Positions 51,201-64,000 of a stretch of DNA of 64,000 nt are shown piece after piece. The position numbers and the translations under genes are program-made. Source of the stretch: Thalia democratica. Taxonomy: Eukaryota. The notes below the pieces were generated by a model, which worked only from the letters and a program-made list of their open reading frames with translations, was not told the DNA's origin and made no database searches. The DNA lies in assembly GCA_965202585.1 (NCBI GenBank), contig OZ241831.1, positions 13,764,001-13,828,000 of the forward strand, read 5' to 3'. Position 1 is the stretch's first letter. Every line of letters begins with the position of its first letter.

Positions 51201-51506
51201 AAGTTTATCTAAATGCATAATAATATGATCTTGCTAAAACTCACACCTTTTAAATGCAATAAGTATCTGAGCTGATACTAAATTATTATATCTGAGACAC
51301 ACTTAATTATAAACCTGAAGTTTAAAATTAAAACTAATAAGTTCCTTCTCGATCATTAAAATTGGTAATGAAAAAAAAGACTCAAGAAATAACGAAACTT
51401 TATTGCATAACGAAATTAGTATTAGCGAATCTACATAAATCGAATTTGAAAAACGAAGTAATGAACAATAAACTAATTAGATTGCACACTAAAGGTAAAC
51501 TTTAAC

Positions 51507-51947
51507 TCAAAGTATAGCACAGTTATTAAATACTCCGACAAAAGGAGATCTTTGCAATTCATGCAGGTCATCAATCATAGCGTTTAGGTCACTTCGCCAA
51601 AAAAAACTGGTGCCTCCACCAGATTTAGCCTCACTCGGTTCGTAGTTCAAAAAGAGCCTTCCACAAATAAGTGGATTCACCACGTCATTATCAAATGGGT
51701 CAACACTGATCCTAATCGAATCAAAATGAGTCACATGCTGATAAACTCTTTTTCCTGGAACGTTTGTTTCAAACGAAACATGACAGCTGAACTCATCGAC
51801 TGATCTTCTGCGGAAACCATGGGCAGTCAGCGTATCTGCAATATTATTCTGGAAGTAGTGGATGAGTGTGGCTCTATCAGTATCCATCAGCTTTGATATT
51901 TCACTTTTAAACCTGCTATAAAAAGGATGTATTATAAAAATTGCCAT
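51507..51947 (-). CDS. Hypothetical 146-aa protein ending in CaaX motif CAIL*
   Basis: Longest non-TE, non-repeat ORF in the ORF track. ATG in aaaaATGG context 5 nt after a ctttcag acceptor; alternative internal acceptor tatagcag|; candidate upstream donor |GTAAGT at 52788; AATAAA on - strand at 51399-51404. Confidence 0.65.
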   Translation of the reverse strand: MAIFIIHPFYSRFKSEISKLMDTDRATLIHYFQNNIADTLTAHGFRRRSVDEFSCHVSFETNVPGKRVYQHVTHFDSIRISVDPFDNDVVNPLICGRLFLNYEPSEAKSGGGTSFFWRSDLNAMIDDLHELQRSPFVGVFNNCAIL

Positions 51948-54900
51948 TTTTACTGAAAGTTAAGGTGAAGCTCATGCTATAGCTTGTTTTATCAAAAGCT
52001 GTTAAAAGTGTTTATTGAACACTGTTTGTAAAGTTTAACCGTGTTAAAAAGTGATAATAACTATTTTATATAAATGTTTATGTAGCTATATTTTCAAAAA
52101 AAATCCTTGTACAGGATGTTATAAAAGTTATTAAATCTGTGAACAGTAAACTATTGAATATACACTCTTTGTACATTAGGACTTGGTAATCTGCTACTAG
52201 CTTAAACTTACTCATTATGATTAACTCTTTTTTATTTGTCTATGTTATACTAAAAGTGTTAATAAAATATGAAACATTTCTTTTTTAAACAAGTTTAAAA
52301 ATATTTGACAGTTGTTTTGGATAAAAAAACTCTTCGTATCTAATTTTCATGCCAAGTTAAATACAAAATGAAGTACATTTAAAACACTTTTTTTCTTACT
52401 ATGTACAATTAGGTTCTTACTATGTACAACACGTAAGTTAGATTAGTTCTTTAAAGTTTTAAAACAACTAAGCTGTACATTTATATTTGTGTATCATGTT
52501 ATTGTTATGTTATTTAAATAAAAATTCTTTAAGCTTAACAAAATAAACACTCAATAAAAAAAATACTATAAAAATAATGAACAATATGAGAACTTTATTA
52601 ATGCTATATTTTAGTATAGTAGCTTAATTCCAAATCATTTTGAAAATATAAAGGTAACTGTTTAATTTTTTTATATTTTGTTGTTAATTGATGTTTGAAA
52701 AAAATAGAGTCACAGGAAAACTTAAGTATTTACTCCAATTTAAAACAACAGCTAAATTTATAATCTGAAAAAAAAAAAACTTACTTACCAGATTGTAATT
52801 AGAATGTAGTTCAGTTTTAGTAATATTTTAGCTTATATAACTTCAACTGTTTAAAAAATTGATTAATTTTACGTTTACTTTAAAATTAGATTAAAGTTAT
52901 TGAAACTAAAAAAACCCAAAATGTAGTTCATTTTAGAACTTATGGTATTGAAATATTTCATAAAGATAAAACTATAGTTTTAAATGCAGTTTATAAGCTT
53001 TAAGTCATCTTTAAAAAAGTTGAAACCTTTTTTGCTTAAAATGAAAGACATAAGTAATATTTAATATGAAAAGTTTAAGAACAGTTTTAATTTTTTTAGT
53101 AAATACTTTTCTGTGCTTTTTATAGTATTTTCTGTAAAGTTACCAGGTAAAAGTTAGTTAAAAGCATTATACTATACAAATAAATTTTGTTGTATTTTAT
53201 TTTATGTTTTACGCTACTGTAGTTTTTTAGTTTAATATTTAGATAGAACATAAGTAGTTTCTATTCAGCACAACAATTTTTATTAACTTCAACAAAAAAA
53301 TAACTTTTTAGTAAAGTTTTAATTTTATACAAAGCTTAATTTAAAAGTGTCCCCAAGGTTTTAATAAAAAATTTTACTTTTGAATGTTATGTAAATCCTT
53401 AACTTAAATTTAAACTAAAATTACGTTTCATATCAGAATTATTGAGTATAATTAATTTTGCCATTAACCTGTTTTGCAGCAAAAATAATTTAGTACTTTT
53501 CAACTGTAACTCAAAACCAGGGTTAGTTTTAAAATTTAATTTTTTTTGATGTTTCGATTATTGAGACTAACTTAATAGTCAAATAATTGTTACTACATGT
53601 GTATAGTTTGAAGTTTAACATATATATTGTTTATTGAACGACGAAAAAAGCGCTCAAAAAGTTTGGTCCAAGGACTTAGTGCACGAAAAAACCTTTCGGT
53701 TATCGAGTCATACATCAGAACAGTTTATATAAGACCAACAAACTATAAGCTATTTTTTCTTTGCATTATTGCTTTTTAATTTTTTACGACATAGAGATTA
53801 AGTTATAATTTTTCATAATTAAAAGTGTACTATTTTTCTATAATTCATAGAAGTGATCGCATACTATTTTTATTTTAAGCACTGACAAGCTCTTGAGCGA
53901 AACTTTTGATGAATTAAAGACTTCCTTTTATAAAGTAGAGACGTCTAATTGTTTTAACAAAAATCAAACCTATAACTACAACATTATAATGTTAGTGATT
54001 ATTTCGTTTCTAGTGCTTATTTAGTGTTATACGTAGCATCCAGATACGTAGCAGATCTATCTAATTACACTTAACAATTTAGTGAATATTAAAGAAAGTT
54101 TTTTCTTCAGCTTTAGTTTTTTACCCTGATAAGAAACTTTTAAAACAACTATTTTTTGAATACTGAAATATAAAAATAATTTTAATCTAGGAGCAATACA
54201 AATGAGCTTGAATGAAGTTACAAAAAGTAACATTTTAATATAGTTATGTTTATTACTTAGGTTTATTTTAGGTTGCAAATTATAAACCTTCAGGAAGTTA
54301 AATAAAGTTCAGCAAAAATTAAAAAAAGCAAAAATCATATGGTTTGTGCCAAAAGCGTGTCTAGCTTACTTAGTCGGGGAAGCACATATTTAAGTTGTTC
54401 AGTAGTAAAGTGTATTGTATAGTAGCTATAAATAAAATAATTTTTAAATTAAAGCAAACATTATGTATTATTTTTAAATTTTCTTAACTATAACAAAAAT
54501 AAAAATATGTATTTATAAAATTTGTATAAATTGATTGATATTTTTGTTAATATATATTTTTTATTAAATTTTTTAAACTATTTTGCCCAATGAGAAATTG
54601 ATTAAAAAAAAAAAACGTTGATTTATATAAAAGATAGTGTTAGATACTGATTTAGCTAAATATCCCGTTATAAAAAATTTTACGTGTGCAACAAATAGAA
54701 ACAATCTAACTGTGCAAAGTATAAATAAATCATTTTACTTTAGAGAAAATATGTTAAATACAAATTACATAACAGTCTTATGTTTTATTTTATATTTATT
54801 TTAGATGTAAAACTTTGGACAACTTTTTAGCAGTTTTACTATAAGTCAAGACAGTTAATTAAAATAAGTTGTAATTACAATAATTATTTAAGTAAACAAA

Positions 54901-55773
54901 TAATTAAAATCTCTAGTTAAATTTTTATTTATTTAAGTTTGTAGGTCTTTTGGTTAAATTATTGGTTTAAAAAATATTATTAACTTGTAGCAAAGTATTT
55001 TTTTGGAAACCTTCTAATTTAATTTTTACAATATTTGACTAAACTTTGCTGTTACATACACTGTTTTAAATTATAACCTTTTTAATATTATTAAGTCATA
55101 CTGACCGTTTTACTGTAAACTTAATATAACAACTAAAATATAACTTTTTTCATTGATTTACTGGGTATGGATATTGTTAGAGTAACCCTTCCTCTTAATA
55201 TTAACTGATTTTGTTTTCAATAAAGGTTTTGATTTTTAATTTTTTTTTTAGACTGATACATATATTATTTGATTAACTTACTCTTTTAAAATAGAGCCTT
55301 TCAATTGAAAAAAAAGACTATTATAAGTGTTTAAATGTTAAATGTAAACTATTGACAATTTTAATATATTACTGTAATTTCCTTTGAAGTTGTTGTCTAA
55401 AGTTAAAATCTTTACTTGCCCCAGGTTAAATTAACTTTTTTATTGAAATTATTTATTTGTTTTTTTTTCAAAAAAATTAAAATGGAAAAAAAAATAAATT
55501 AAGCATTAAATTAAATTTTTAAATCAAAATTTCTTTTAAATGTAAAAGGATAAAATACAACTCTAAAAAATTTTCTTTTAGTTCTAAAATGTCGCTTACT
55601 GATTTAGTAATCGAGTAGTTGAAATAGTACATTAAAATTTCCGTGAGCAATAAGAATCAAATCTTGAAAAATTAAATAACAAAAGAAAATGTCATTACAG
55701 AAAAAGTCAATGTAAATGACTTGCCGAAATATGCTTTAGTATGAATTAGTGTGAATTAGAGTTATGCTTCATA

Positions 55774-56295
55774 TAACTTTTTGTGCGTGGCTAATTATTT
55801 GAAGAAACAAAAAAGAAAAAATAGCTTTCTTGCTTTTACCACCGTCACCCTATTTACATTTTTCTGAAAAAACCTCTATGTAATCTGTATGGGACCTTGA
55901 AACTTCAAAATTCAGTTTTTAGCTAAAATATTTTTTACATGTAGCAATCATCACAAAAAAAACATTCTTCGCGTTTTCAGACAGTTTGAAAAAAGTTTCT
56001 TGGAGAAATTTCTTAGTTTCTTTGAAAAAACTAAAAAATGACGAAAAATGATAAAGAATACAGAAAGTCTAAAATTTTCTTCAAATGGTCTGAACACGTG
56101 TAGAATCTGTTTTTATGATAATTGCTGCATGTAAAAAAAAGTTCAGCCAATAACTTGAATTTTGAAACTTTAAGGTCCCATACAATTAAAATAGGGTTTT
56201 TTTTTTCTGAAAAATGTAAATAGTGATGGTAAAAGCTAGGAAGTTAATTTTTTTTGTGTTGTTTATTTATATGATTAGCCACGCACAAAAAGTTA
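55774..56295. mobile_element. Foldback MITE with long imperfect arms
   Basis: taactttttgtgcgtggctaat ... attagccacgcacaaaaagtta, plus internal inverted matches (atttacattttct/agaaaaatgtaaat; tatgggacctt/aaggtcccata). Confidence 0.75.
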
Positions 56296-59200
56296 GACTA
56301 ACCACTACTAACAAATTTTTATCTTTAAGGGGCAACAGATGCGCCATAGTGTACTTACAATAGAAAAGTCTTTGGTTAATGAAAATGTTCTAGCAGAAAA
56401 ATTTTTAGAAAAAAAAGTTTTAAAACATTTTATTAGGCAAAAAATAGGAAAATGAGCTTTTTTACGTAGGAAAATATACAGTTATATAACTAACTATTTT
56501 CATAGTTATTTTTTTCTAGTAAGGGGCAAATATTATGTTAAGGAAAGTTAAAGAAAAAATTGTGGAATTGGTGTTACCAGGAGGGTAGCGCTGTTGTTAA
56601 AATTTGCTCAATTTACAATTTTATATAATTTATTAGAATGAATTTAGTTTCTATGCATAGTGTTTTATTATATGAATAATGTTTATATTTTGAAAATCAG
56701 TTTATGAGTTTTTATATTTTACTACTGTAAACTTGGTACACCACTATATGTGGTTTATAACAAATTTAGTTGTTAAACATATTAATTTTCATTATACTTT
56801 TCATTTTCATTTTAAATATGATTGGGTTTGTTATTTTTTTGTAAACATTGCTTATTAAAACATTAAAATCTATTTTTATTTTTATTTATTTATAACCTTA
56901 TAACATTTTAAAGGATATGTATTGTGTCTGTTTTTAAAATTAATTTCAAGGTTTTAAAGTGGTTTTCAAAATTTATAGAGTATATTAATTCTTATAAATT
57001 GTGTCAGTATAGTTTTTGATAAAGGTTTGTTCTAAAGTTATGTGTAAAGTTATATAGTAATTTATATATATTTTTAATCAAAAACTAAAGGTAAAAAATT
57101 ATAGTTTTTATATTAATAAATGTAAGTTTTTTTTAATAAATGTCAATAATTGTTTCAAAAAATATTGATTAATTATTTCTTTGTTTTGATGTTTTATTAT
57201 TTTTACATACAAGTTTAATATGAAAAAAAGGTTATACTTTGTATATAAAAATTATAAACTAAACATAAATTTTAATATATTTTTGAAATAATATTTTGTC
57301 TTTGATATTTTAGTTAATAATATTTATAGGACTTTTAACAGGTTGTTTTTATAAAAAATGTATCATTCTACTTTATAGCTAATAACTTAATACAACCAAA
57401 GCTAGAATAAACATTTAATAAGACATTTACTATTAATACTTTACAAATAATTTTTGATGAAATCAAATTAACTGTATGTCGAAAATAAAGGAACTTGGTT
57501 AAGATTTAAAGATTTTAAAATTGTTATAAATCAAAGAAATTTATTCTATGTGATGAAGTTTATGTTTGTTTTTCTCTTTTGTTTGTAATTAAAGTCCGAA
57601 AAATATATCACCCTCATCCAATAAAAACAGCACTTAAAAAAATAAGTTATGAATTGCAAAAAATGCTTTAAAAATTACATAAATGTTTTTAGCCTCTAGG
57701 TATTGTTTTCAAAATAAAATTGTGATTTTTTTTGAATGAAAAGCTTAATGGGTTTACACACATTGCAAAACATTAAGAATCATAGGGGGTTAAGAGCAAC
57801 ATAAATTACTTCCACGCAGCTATTAGTCATACATCAACATTCCATTTCTTATGAAGTTTTAACATAGCTGCACACCCTAATATAAAATACAATAACATTA
57901 GAGGTAGTTAAAACTTTCCTATACTCCCTATTACGACATTGCATGTCGTCCCTGTTGTTTTTTTTTTTTTTGGAGATTCGTAACTTTTTCAAGCTAGCTA
58001 CCTCCATGCCCCTAACCCTTGGTCAGTAGTATTTTTTTATTGTTATTATAAATTTCTTTCTTTGTTACTTTTCTCTGTTTCTTCAATCTCGTTAAAAATA
58101 AAACTCTTTTTTTGTAAAAGTGGCCCTTTTTGCAAAATTGACTGCGTGTTTTTGACTTAGTAAAAATATGTCTTCTTGGAAAACTGATCAGTCTCGCTAA
58201 AATATATAGTGTTGGTTTCGAATTTCCATCAAATTTATTATAGACTTTTTTTAAACTCTTTATAACAAATCCCAGAATATCTAGCGTAAGTTTTACATAA
58301 AATTTTAAAATCTACCCCCTTACTATTTATTGTCTTCGACTAACTAAAATCGTCAGAAAAGATGTGGTGTATTACTACATTTGAAATTGAAAACTGAATA
58401 AAACTACTAAAGAATTTGCTTTTATAAAATATGTGTTTATTATAACATCACATCTTAATCTAATTTCAAATATTTTTCAGCAGATCGTATGGCTAACACT
58501 AGCAAAAATAAAAATTATTTATTAGAATTTTAGAAAATTCGCACTTATTAATAAAAAATATAGCAAAAAAGCACTATTAAATCTGTTAACAAATGTATAA
58601 TTTCTAGTTTCATAACTTTTTTCATAAGTATTCTATGTTTTCTTTATTTTTTTTTTATCTTCTTGTTAGGAGTCGCAAAGGTTCAAAGCAACCATTCAAA
58701 AAACACCAAACATTTATATATATGATATTATAATTTTCTTTATACTTATAAAACCATTATAAGTTAATTTATTACTACAATATTAGTATAATTTTACAAA
58801 AACTTTTAGCTTGCTATTATATAGTACTATTGTTTGTTGATGATAAGCCGAAACGTAGAGGTAAAGAACTAAAGTTTTATTTTTGAGATAATTAAAAGTG
58901 TTTATTGATGTTAATGCTAATTAAGAAAATTAAAAAAAATAATATGTTAAACTTTGATGTTAATCTTATACCTTTTACTTTATCATTATTTTATTTTGCA
59001 ACTGCTGTACATAATGTTTTATAAAAGAATTCGGAAGTCTTTTGGTTGGCAGTAACCAATCAGATTTACTACAAAAGGTTCTTCCCAAGACACACTAAAC
59101 TTACAAAATTTTTATTAAGCCACAGTATTCTTGAACAACTTTACTTTTATGAAAAAATATTTAAAAGCAAATGTGAAATGGAACAAGCTAAAAATAAGCA

Positions 59201-60259
59201 TAAAGTAAGAAGTAGTTTCAAAAGAAGAAAAAGGGCAAAATTGTAAACTTTTATTAGAAAAAACCTCGAGCTTGCTTCTACTACTTTGATTTTTTAGTCC
59301 AAGAACTTTTTCTCAGCTCGTCAAAATTTGCTTCTTATTTAAGTTTTGTTTTTGAAAAGTATAGTTTGACATATGTTAGTAAGGGTATACGATCAAAATC
59401 TACCAGCGTTCAAAATCCACACGATTTTTTATATTTTCCTTAATTTATTTATTTATTTTATATACTTTTTGCATTTATTTATTTATTTTTCACTATCACT
59501 GTTACCCCTAACCCTTACCCTCGATCGCTAAGTGGTTCTCAAATTTGACTGGGTGGATTTTAATCGGGTGGATTTTGATTAAATCCCGTTAGTAAGTTTT
59601 TTTTGAGGGATTTTTTTTTATTTTACGCTGTAACAATGAAAAAATCTGCAAAGCTTATTTTATATTATTCATCTTTTACAGATAGTTTTATTTTCATTCA
59701 AAGATGATAATAATTGAAAACCTTTTCAAATTTTATTTGCATTAAAACTGTTTTTTTTTTGTAAATAGACTAATCTTATAATATATTTGATAAAGTATAA
59801 GCATTTTAGACTAAAATTTGTATTTACTCTAAGCTAATATAATGATTAAGAGTTCTAAACTTTTAAATCATGTTGTACCAAATACGTTCTGATTTTAGGT
59901 AATTAGAAAATTAGTTGATTTTAAGTTAATGAAATGGTAAAAAGTTGAAGATGGAAAACTAGAAAAAATGCAAAAAAAGATCCTGTAAGTCGTAAGAGAA
60001 TGGAAGTTTTTCTCTTAGAAATATTGCTAGTTGTTATATTATATAACAAAGAAAGTAGTAGCCTCCGTAACGTTTTACAGTTTTCTTTTTAATAAAATAA
60101 CTTTTTATGAATTATTGTTAGTTAAAACTAAATTTAATAACATATAAGGAATTTTATTGTGTTTCTTTTATGAAGCTAGTGTTACATTGTGTACTTTTAT
60201 CATCATGATTAATTTTAACGTTTTAAAAAATCTATGTATTCTTTAGATAAAAAGGTTTA

Positions 60260-60429
60260 AAACCAATAGGTTTCATAATGAAGGTACAAATAAGTTAAAA
60301 TTTTTTTTTAAGTTTAAAAAAAAAACAATAATTACTTTAAAGACTTTAAAAGTACTTAATAAAAAAGCTTGAAGATTTAAAGTAAAAACTTAAACTTATT
60401 AGTACCTTCATTATGAAACCTATTGGTTT
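60260..60429. repeat. Inverted repeat (37-bp arms, 36/37 match), small foldback element
   Basis: aaaccaataggtttcataatgaaggtac(a/t)aataagtt at 60260-60296 and its reverse complement at 60393-60429. Confidence 0.85.
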
Positions 60430-60856
60430 CAAAAACATGACAAGGATTTTTAGGAATAGTTACCTACTTTGTAAGCTTTTATTAAAAAAAGTTAAGTTAA
60501 GTTGAAAGCAATAAAATATAGTACAAATAAAATTAATAAAAAAAAAAAACTTTTACTGGACCTTAAAATCATTGAATAAAGACAAAAGTGATTAAAATAA
60601 CTATAAACTTCTTGATATAAAAACAATGAAATAAGTTTCAAAGCAATTTTTATTAATATTTTTTGTGTTAAATTTCTAATTTTACTAACACAATTAATAT
60701 TTAGGCATTGCCTTAAAGCTAATTTAACTGTGTTAGTTATTTTTTCAAATAATAATGTTGACTTTCAAAAAAATTTTGTAAAAAAGACTATTGAAAAATA
60801 TATAATTATTTGAAACATAAATTTACTGTCAGTTTTTAAAAACGTATAAGTAATAG

Positions 60857-63800
60857 ATTAATGGATGAAACCGACATCAAAACGAAGTCTGCTAAAGATG
60901 ATCAGAAAATGAGGAATCAACTTTCGCACCAAAATAATTATAGTGTCTCAAGTGAAAATCAAGCATACTGTTTTGAAACTTCTAAAAATGAAGTTTTTTT
61001 ATCTCAGCTTAAGACCGATAGTTTGAAACGATTTAACGAAAGCCTTGATAAAACTTTACACGACTGTACTCAAACAGGTAAGATGAATCTAATCTTATTG
61101 TAAATTAAATTTTAGTATAAGATTTTAACATAATATCTGTAAGATAATGTAACTTAAGCTAAGCGAAAGTAGTTTTAGTGGTAAGTATAACAACCAATGA
61201 GTAAGTTCATACTTTTTGTGTAGTTTGGTCAAGTTAAAACTTTTTTAAACATTCAAACTCTTTTCAAATGGATATAGAGTGCTTTTTAAAGTTATCTAAC
61301 TACTTTGTAACTGATAGAACAAAAATCTGTTAAAACTTAAAATATAATGTATAAAAAAATCAAATAAATAACATTTATTAAATTTTAATTTTGCATCAGT
61401 TGTATTAAAATAAGTTAAGAATAATAATGTACTAAAATACTGCAACAAACTTTTTAGGTTTCAATACTTTTTAGAACTAAAATAAGAACTTAAATAAAAA
61501 GGATTTTTTTAATTGAAATAGAAAAACTACAAAAATTTGAAAAGGTATATTTAACTTATGCATAGTCGGAAAAATTCATGTGAACAATGGATGTTTTTCA
61601 GAACAAGTTAAAATAATTATTCAGGTTCTACGTAAGGGTTTTTACGTAAAAAGTAGGTGTAATATATATATATAATCTTAATAGATTATATATATACATA
61701 TATATATAATTTTAATATAATATATATATATATATATAATCTATTACAAAATTAAGATTTCAAAAATACTGGTACACGTGTTTCATAAAACTAGACGCTT
61801 TAATCTTCAGCCAGCTAAATTTAAAATAAAAAGCACTTTGCTAAACATAGAAGCAAAAGTTATAAAATAAACAAAAAACAGTATGACGTAATATTGTGCA
61901 TTACGAGAATTCAGTACAAAAATCGATCTATCATCTAACTTTCAAACAACTAAAATTAACAAAAACAACAGTTAAGTGACTATAAGGTACTTCAAAATTT
62001 TTTGTATTTTAAGAGGAGCTTTTTAGTATGTCGACAAGACGATATGAATTCACTCCTCTTATTGAAACAACCTTCCTTTTTTAACGCATACATAACAGCT
62101 GTTGATTCTTTTAAGCACAGCCTACAAACAGAGTTATTACCATCTGCTAATGACTGCGCTCTTTTTATCACCTCCCAAGTTAATCTAAAATCAATGTTTT
62201 AGCGCTTTAGACCGCAAACATACTTCGAAAGCTCAGTTTCATTTTCGTATACACTACCTTTAAAATATTTTTTATGGTTAGCATACCGAAATCTGAATTA
62301 AGTGGAGCATAAGCCGATGTAGAACTTCTTTTCAAGGTCAGAGTTAACTGTTGCCTTGTAATTAATGTTCTTCGAACGGCAATTGCCCCCCTTCAAATCA
62401 TATTTACAGCCACCAGCAATTACGCTGATTTTTGATTAAATTACTTCTGTTTAAAATCCTTTGATTGTGTGACTTAATTAGTCTCTCCAAATTCGCCATA
62501 CATGAATAAATGATTCGCATAACATGTTTGTTAAAGATCTTAGATGATGGTTTATTTTTGTTGAAATGTTTTTGTACTAGATTTATAAATACTCTGCCGA
62601 CATTTGTTTTGACTGAAGTACAGAATGGGGGATTATACCAAATTATATTTCGCTTTCTTTTATTTTTATTGGTAGTTTTGACTTGTTGCGCCGTTGTTTC
62701 AAAATTAAGTTTATCATTGTAACCGCATTTTTTCATTATTAGTTCGTAATCTTGCTTTGTCTTTAAAAAGTTTTCTTCGTTGCTTGATCTTTTATTTAAA
62801 CGTTGATTAACTATTTTTGGTATTTGGTTTATAATATTTTTTGGGTGGCTAGAACATTTATTTATATACATAATTTTTGCGTTTTTCTTTTTATAAGGCA
62901 TATAGGAGAGATCATACAAGTTGAGCTTCACATCAAGGTAGTCAGTCGTCAACATTGGTGATTCAATAGTGACTCGTAACCCCATGGACTTAAAGAAGGC
63001 GTGCGTTTGTTTTTTTAGCCTTTCAACTTTAAAGCCAGAAGAATTGGGCAGTACAGCTAGACCATCGTCCCTGTACAACCCAACTCTTTCTAAACCAAAG
63101 TTTTTTTTCAACCCGTCTTACAAAAAAAAGTCCTACTAATTTACATAACTCTGCACCCATGAACGATCCCTGCGCTACATCAAAAAGAGAGCTGGTGTTA
63201 TTTGCTCTCTTTTTTTGCTACAGGTTTCCTTGTTCATAAAGTACAGATTTACATGCGTTTTTTATTAGACTTAAGTCTTCAGTAGGTACGCTAGTATAAT
63301 TACCAGCAAATTTTAGTGATTTTATTACTAATTCTTCGCCGATAGAAGGATAAAAATCAACTACATTAAACTTAAAGAAGCTGTACGTTTGTTTTTTCAA
63401 ACCAGTGAACCAATTTAAGACTTGGTCTGTATCAGTCCACTGCATAAGTTTAGGTTTTAAACGCACAGCCTTATTTATGCAGTCAATCTTTACCTTAACT
63501 ATGCGACCTACATCGGACGTAGAAGTATTAATTAATCTACACTTGGGATGTGTCAATTAATTTTTATTATGGTCTTTGACCGTTATGTATGCGTTTTTTA
63601 ACGGAATTTTTTTAATCCTATCATTTGTTTTTAAGTTTTTAGTTAAATTTTTAGCCTCTAAATTAATATCATTTAAAGTTTTATCAGTACATTTTTCGTA
63701 ATCTAAAGTAATACTGTCATTTAATAGTTTTTTATAGTCACTCACTGAAATTTCGTAAAAATTAGAAGTTTTATCAGATGGTACTATCAAATTTTTGCAC

Positions 63801-64000
63801 TTTCCATATATATATATATGTATATATAGTTAATTTTTCTAATGTTTTTATGATAATATTAAAAACTACAAACTAACTATTTTTTTCTTAAGAACATATG
63901 AAGCTAGATTACAAAAACATTGTATCGCTGTTGAAGATAAGCAAGCTTTCACTGGAAGAAAGTTTATTTCGTAAAACATTTGTTTACTTAAAAAGCCAAA
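60857..64000 (+). CDS. Exons of an unidentified gene running off the window (60857/60861-61077; 63893 onward)
   Basis: MDETDIKTKS...HDCTQT ends at G|GTAAGA (phase 1). A ttttttttcttaag| acceptor at 63892 continues in phase 1 as EHMKLDYKNIVSLLKISKLSLEES... No family recognised. Confidence 0.45.
61740..63805 (-). mobile_element. Penelope-like retroelement, 5'-truncated, with frameshifts and stops (RT + GIY-YIG)
   Basis: RT segments with DFYPSI, QGSFMGAE and YRDDG motifs (63790-62404); endonuclease segment with YKATV/FYIG/CRLC/NKRSE/CRH ending at TGA 61992; TA-rich microsatellite on both sides. Confidence 0.92.
61768..61815 (-). ncRNA. Minimal type I hammerhead ribozyme in PLE 3' region
   Basis: - strand GCUGG CUGAAGA U-UAAAGC-GUCUA-GUUUUA-U GAAAC ACGU GUA CCAGU: stem I, core, 6-bp stem II, palindromic ACACGUGU stem III, GUA triplet. 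Confidence 0.85.

Noticed and set aside
57940-57975. Hairpin acgacattgcatgtcgt followed by a T-run (Helitron end or terminator-like)
   Set aside because: No CTRR terminus at the expected distance, and intrinsic terminators are not relevant in this eukaryotic context.
58845-58870. ttgatgataagccgaaacgtagaggta, hammerhead-like
   Set aside because: Lacks C3, has no stem II and no convincing stem I; at most an eroded relic.
59046-59246. 66-aa ORF with a possible GTAAGA donor
   Set aside because: Non-ATG start, no recognisable family, and phases do not chain to 60857.

Overview
This is a very AT-rich eukaryotic (metazoan-type, intron-rich) genomic window with no prokaryotic features and no CRISPR array. 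The main gene is ORC1 on the + strand. I assembled 23 phase-consistent GT-AG coding exons from 12041 to the stop at 39708 (about 946 codons), encoding a BAH domain, a long disordered linker, an AAA+ domain and a winged-helix C-terminus; the first exon is not fixed. Downstream lie a pogo/Tigger transposase relic (-), a cryptic multi-exon 7TM gene with a class C GPCR-like 'KIPEPFDEAK' motif that the ORF track misses (+, about 46.0-48.3 kb), an orphan ORF ending in a CaaX box (-, 51.5-51.9 kb), and exons of another + strand gene at the right edge. Three 5'-truncated Penelope-like retroelements (RT/GIY-YIG) sit antisense in introns. Two are flanked by (TA)n and carry minimal type I hammerhead ribozymes with palindromic stem III. 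The third has a perfect 118-bp inverted terminal repeat containing a hammerhead-like fold with a non-canonical core. Many MITEs are present (hAT-like, TTAA/Kolobok-like, foldback), including an 808-bp hAT element with a 15-bp array that has no stop codon in any frame. All exon and structure calls were made by eye, without database searches.
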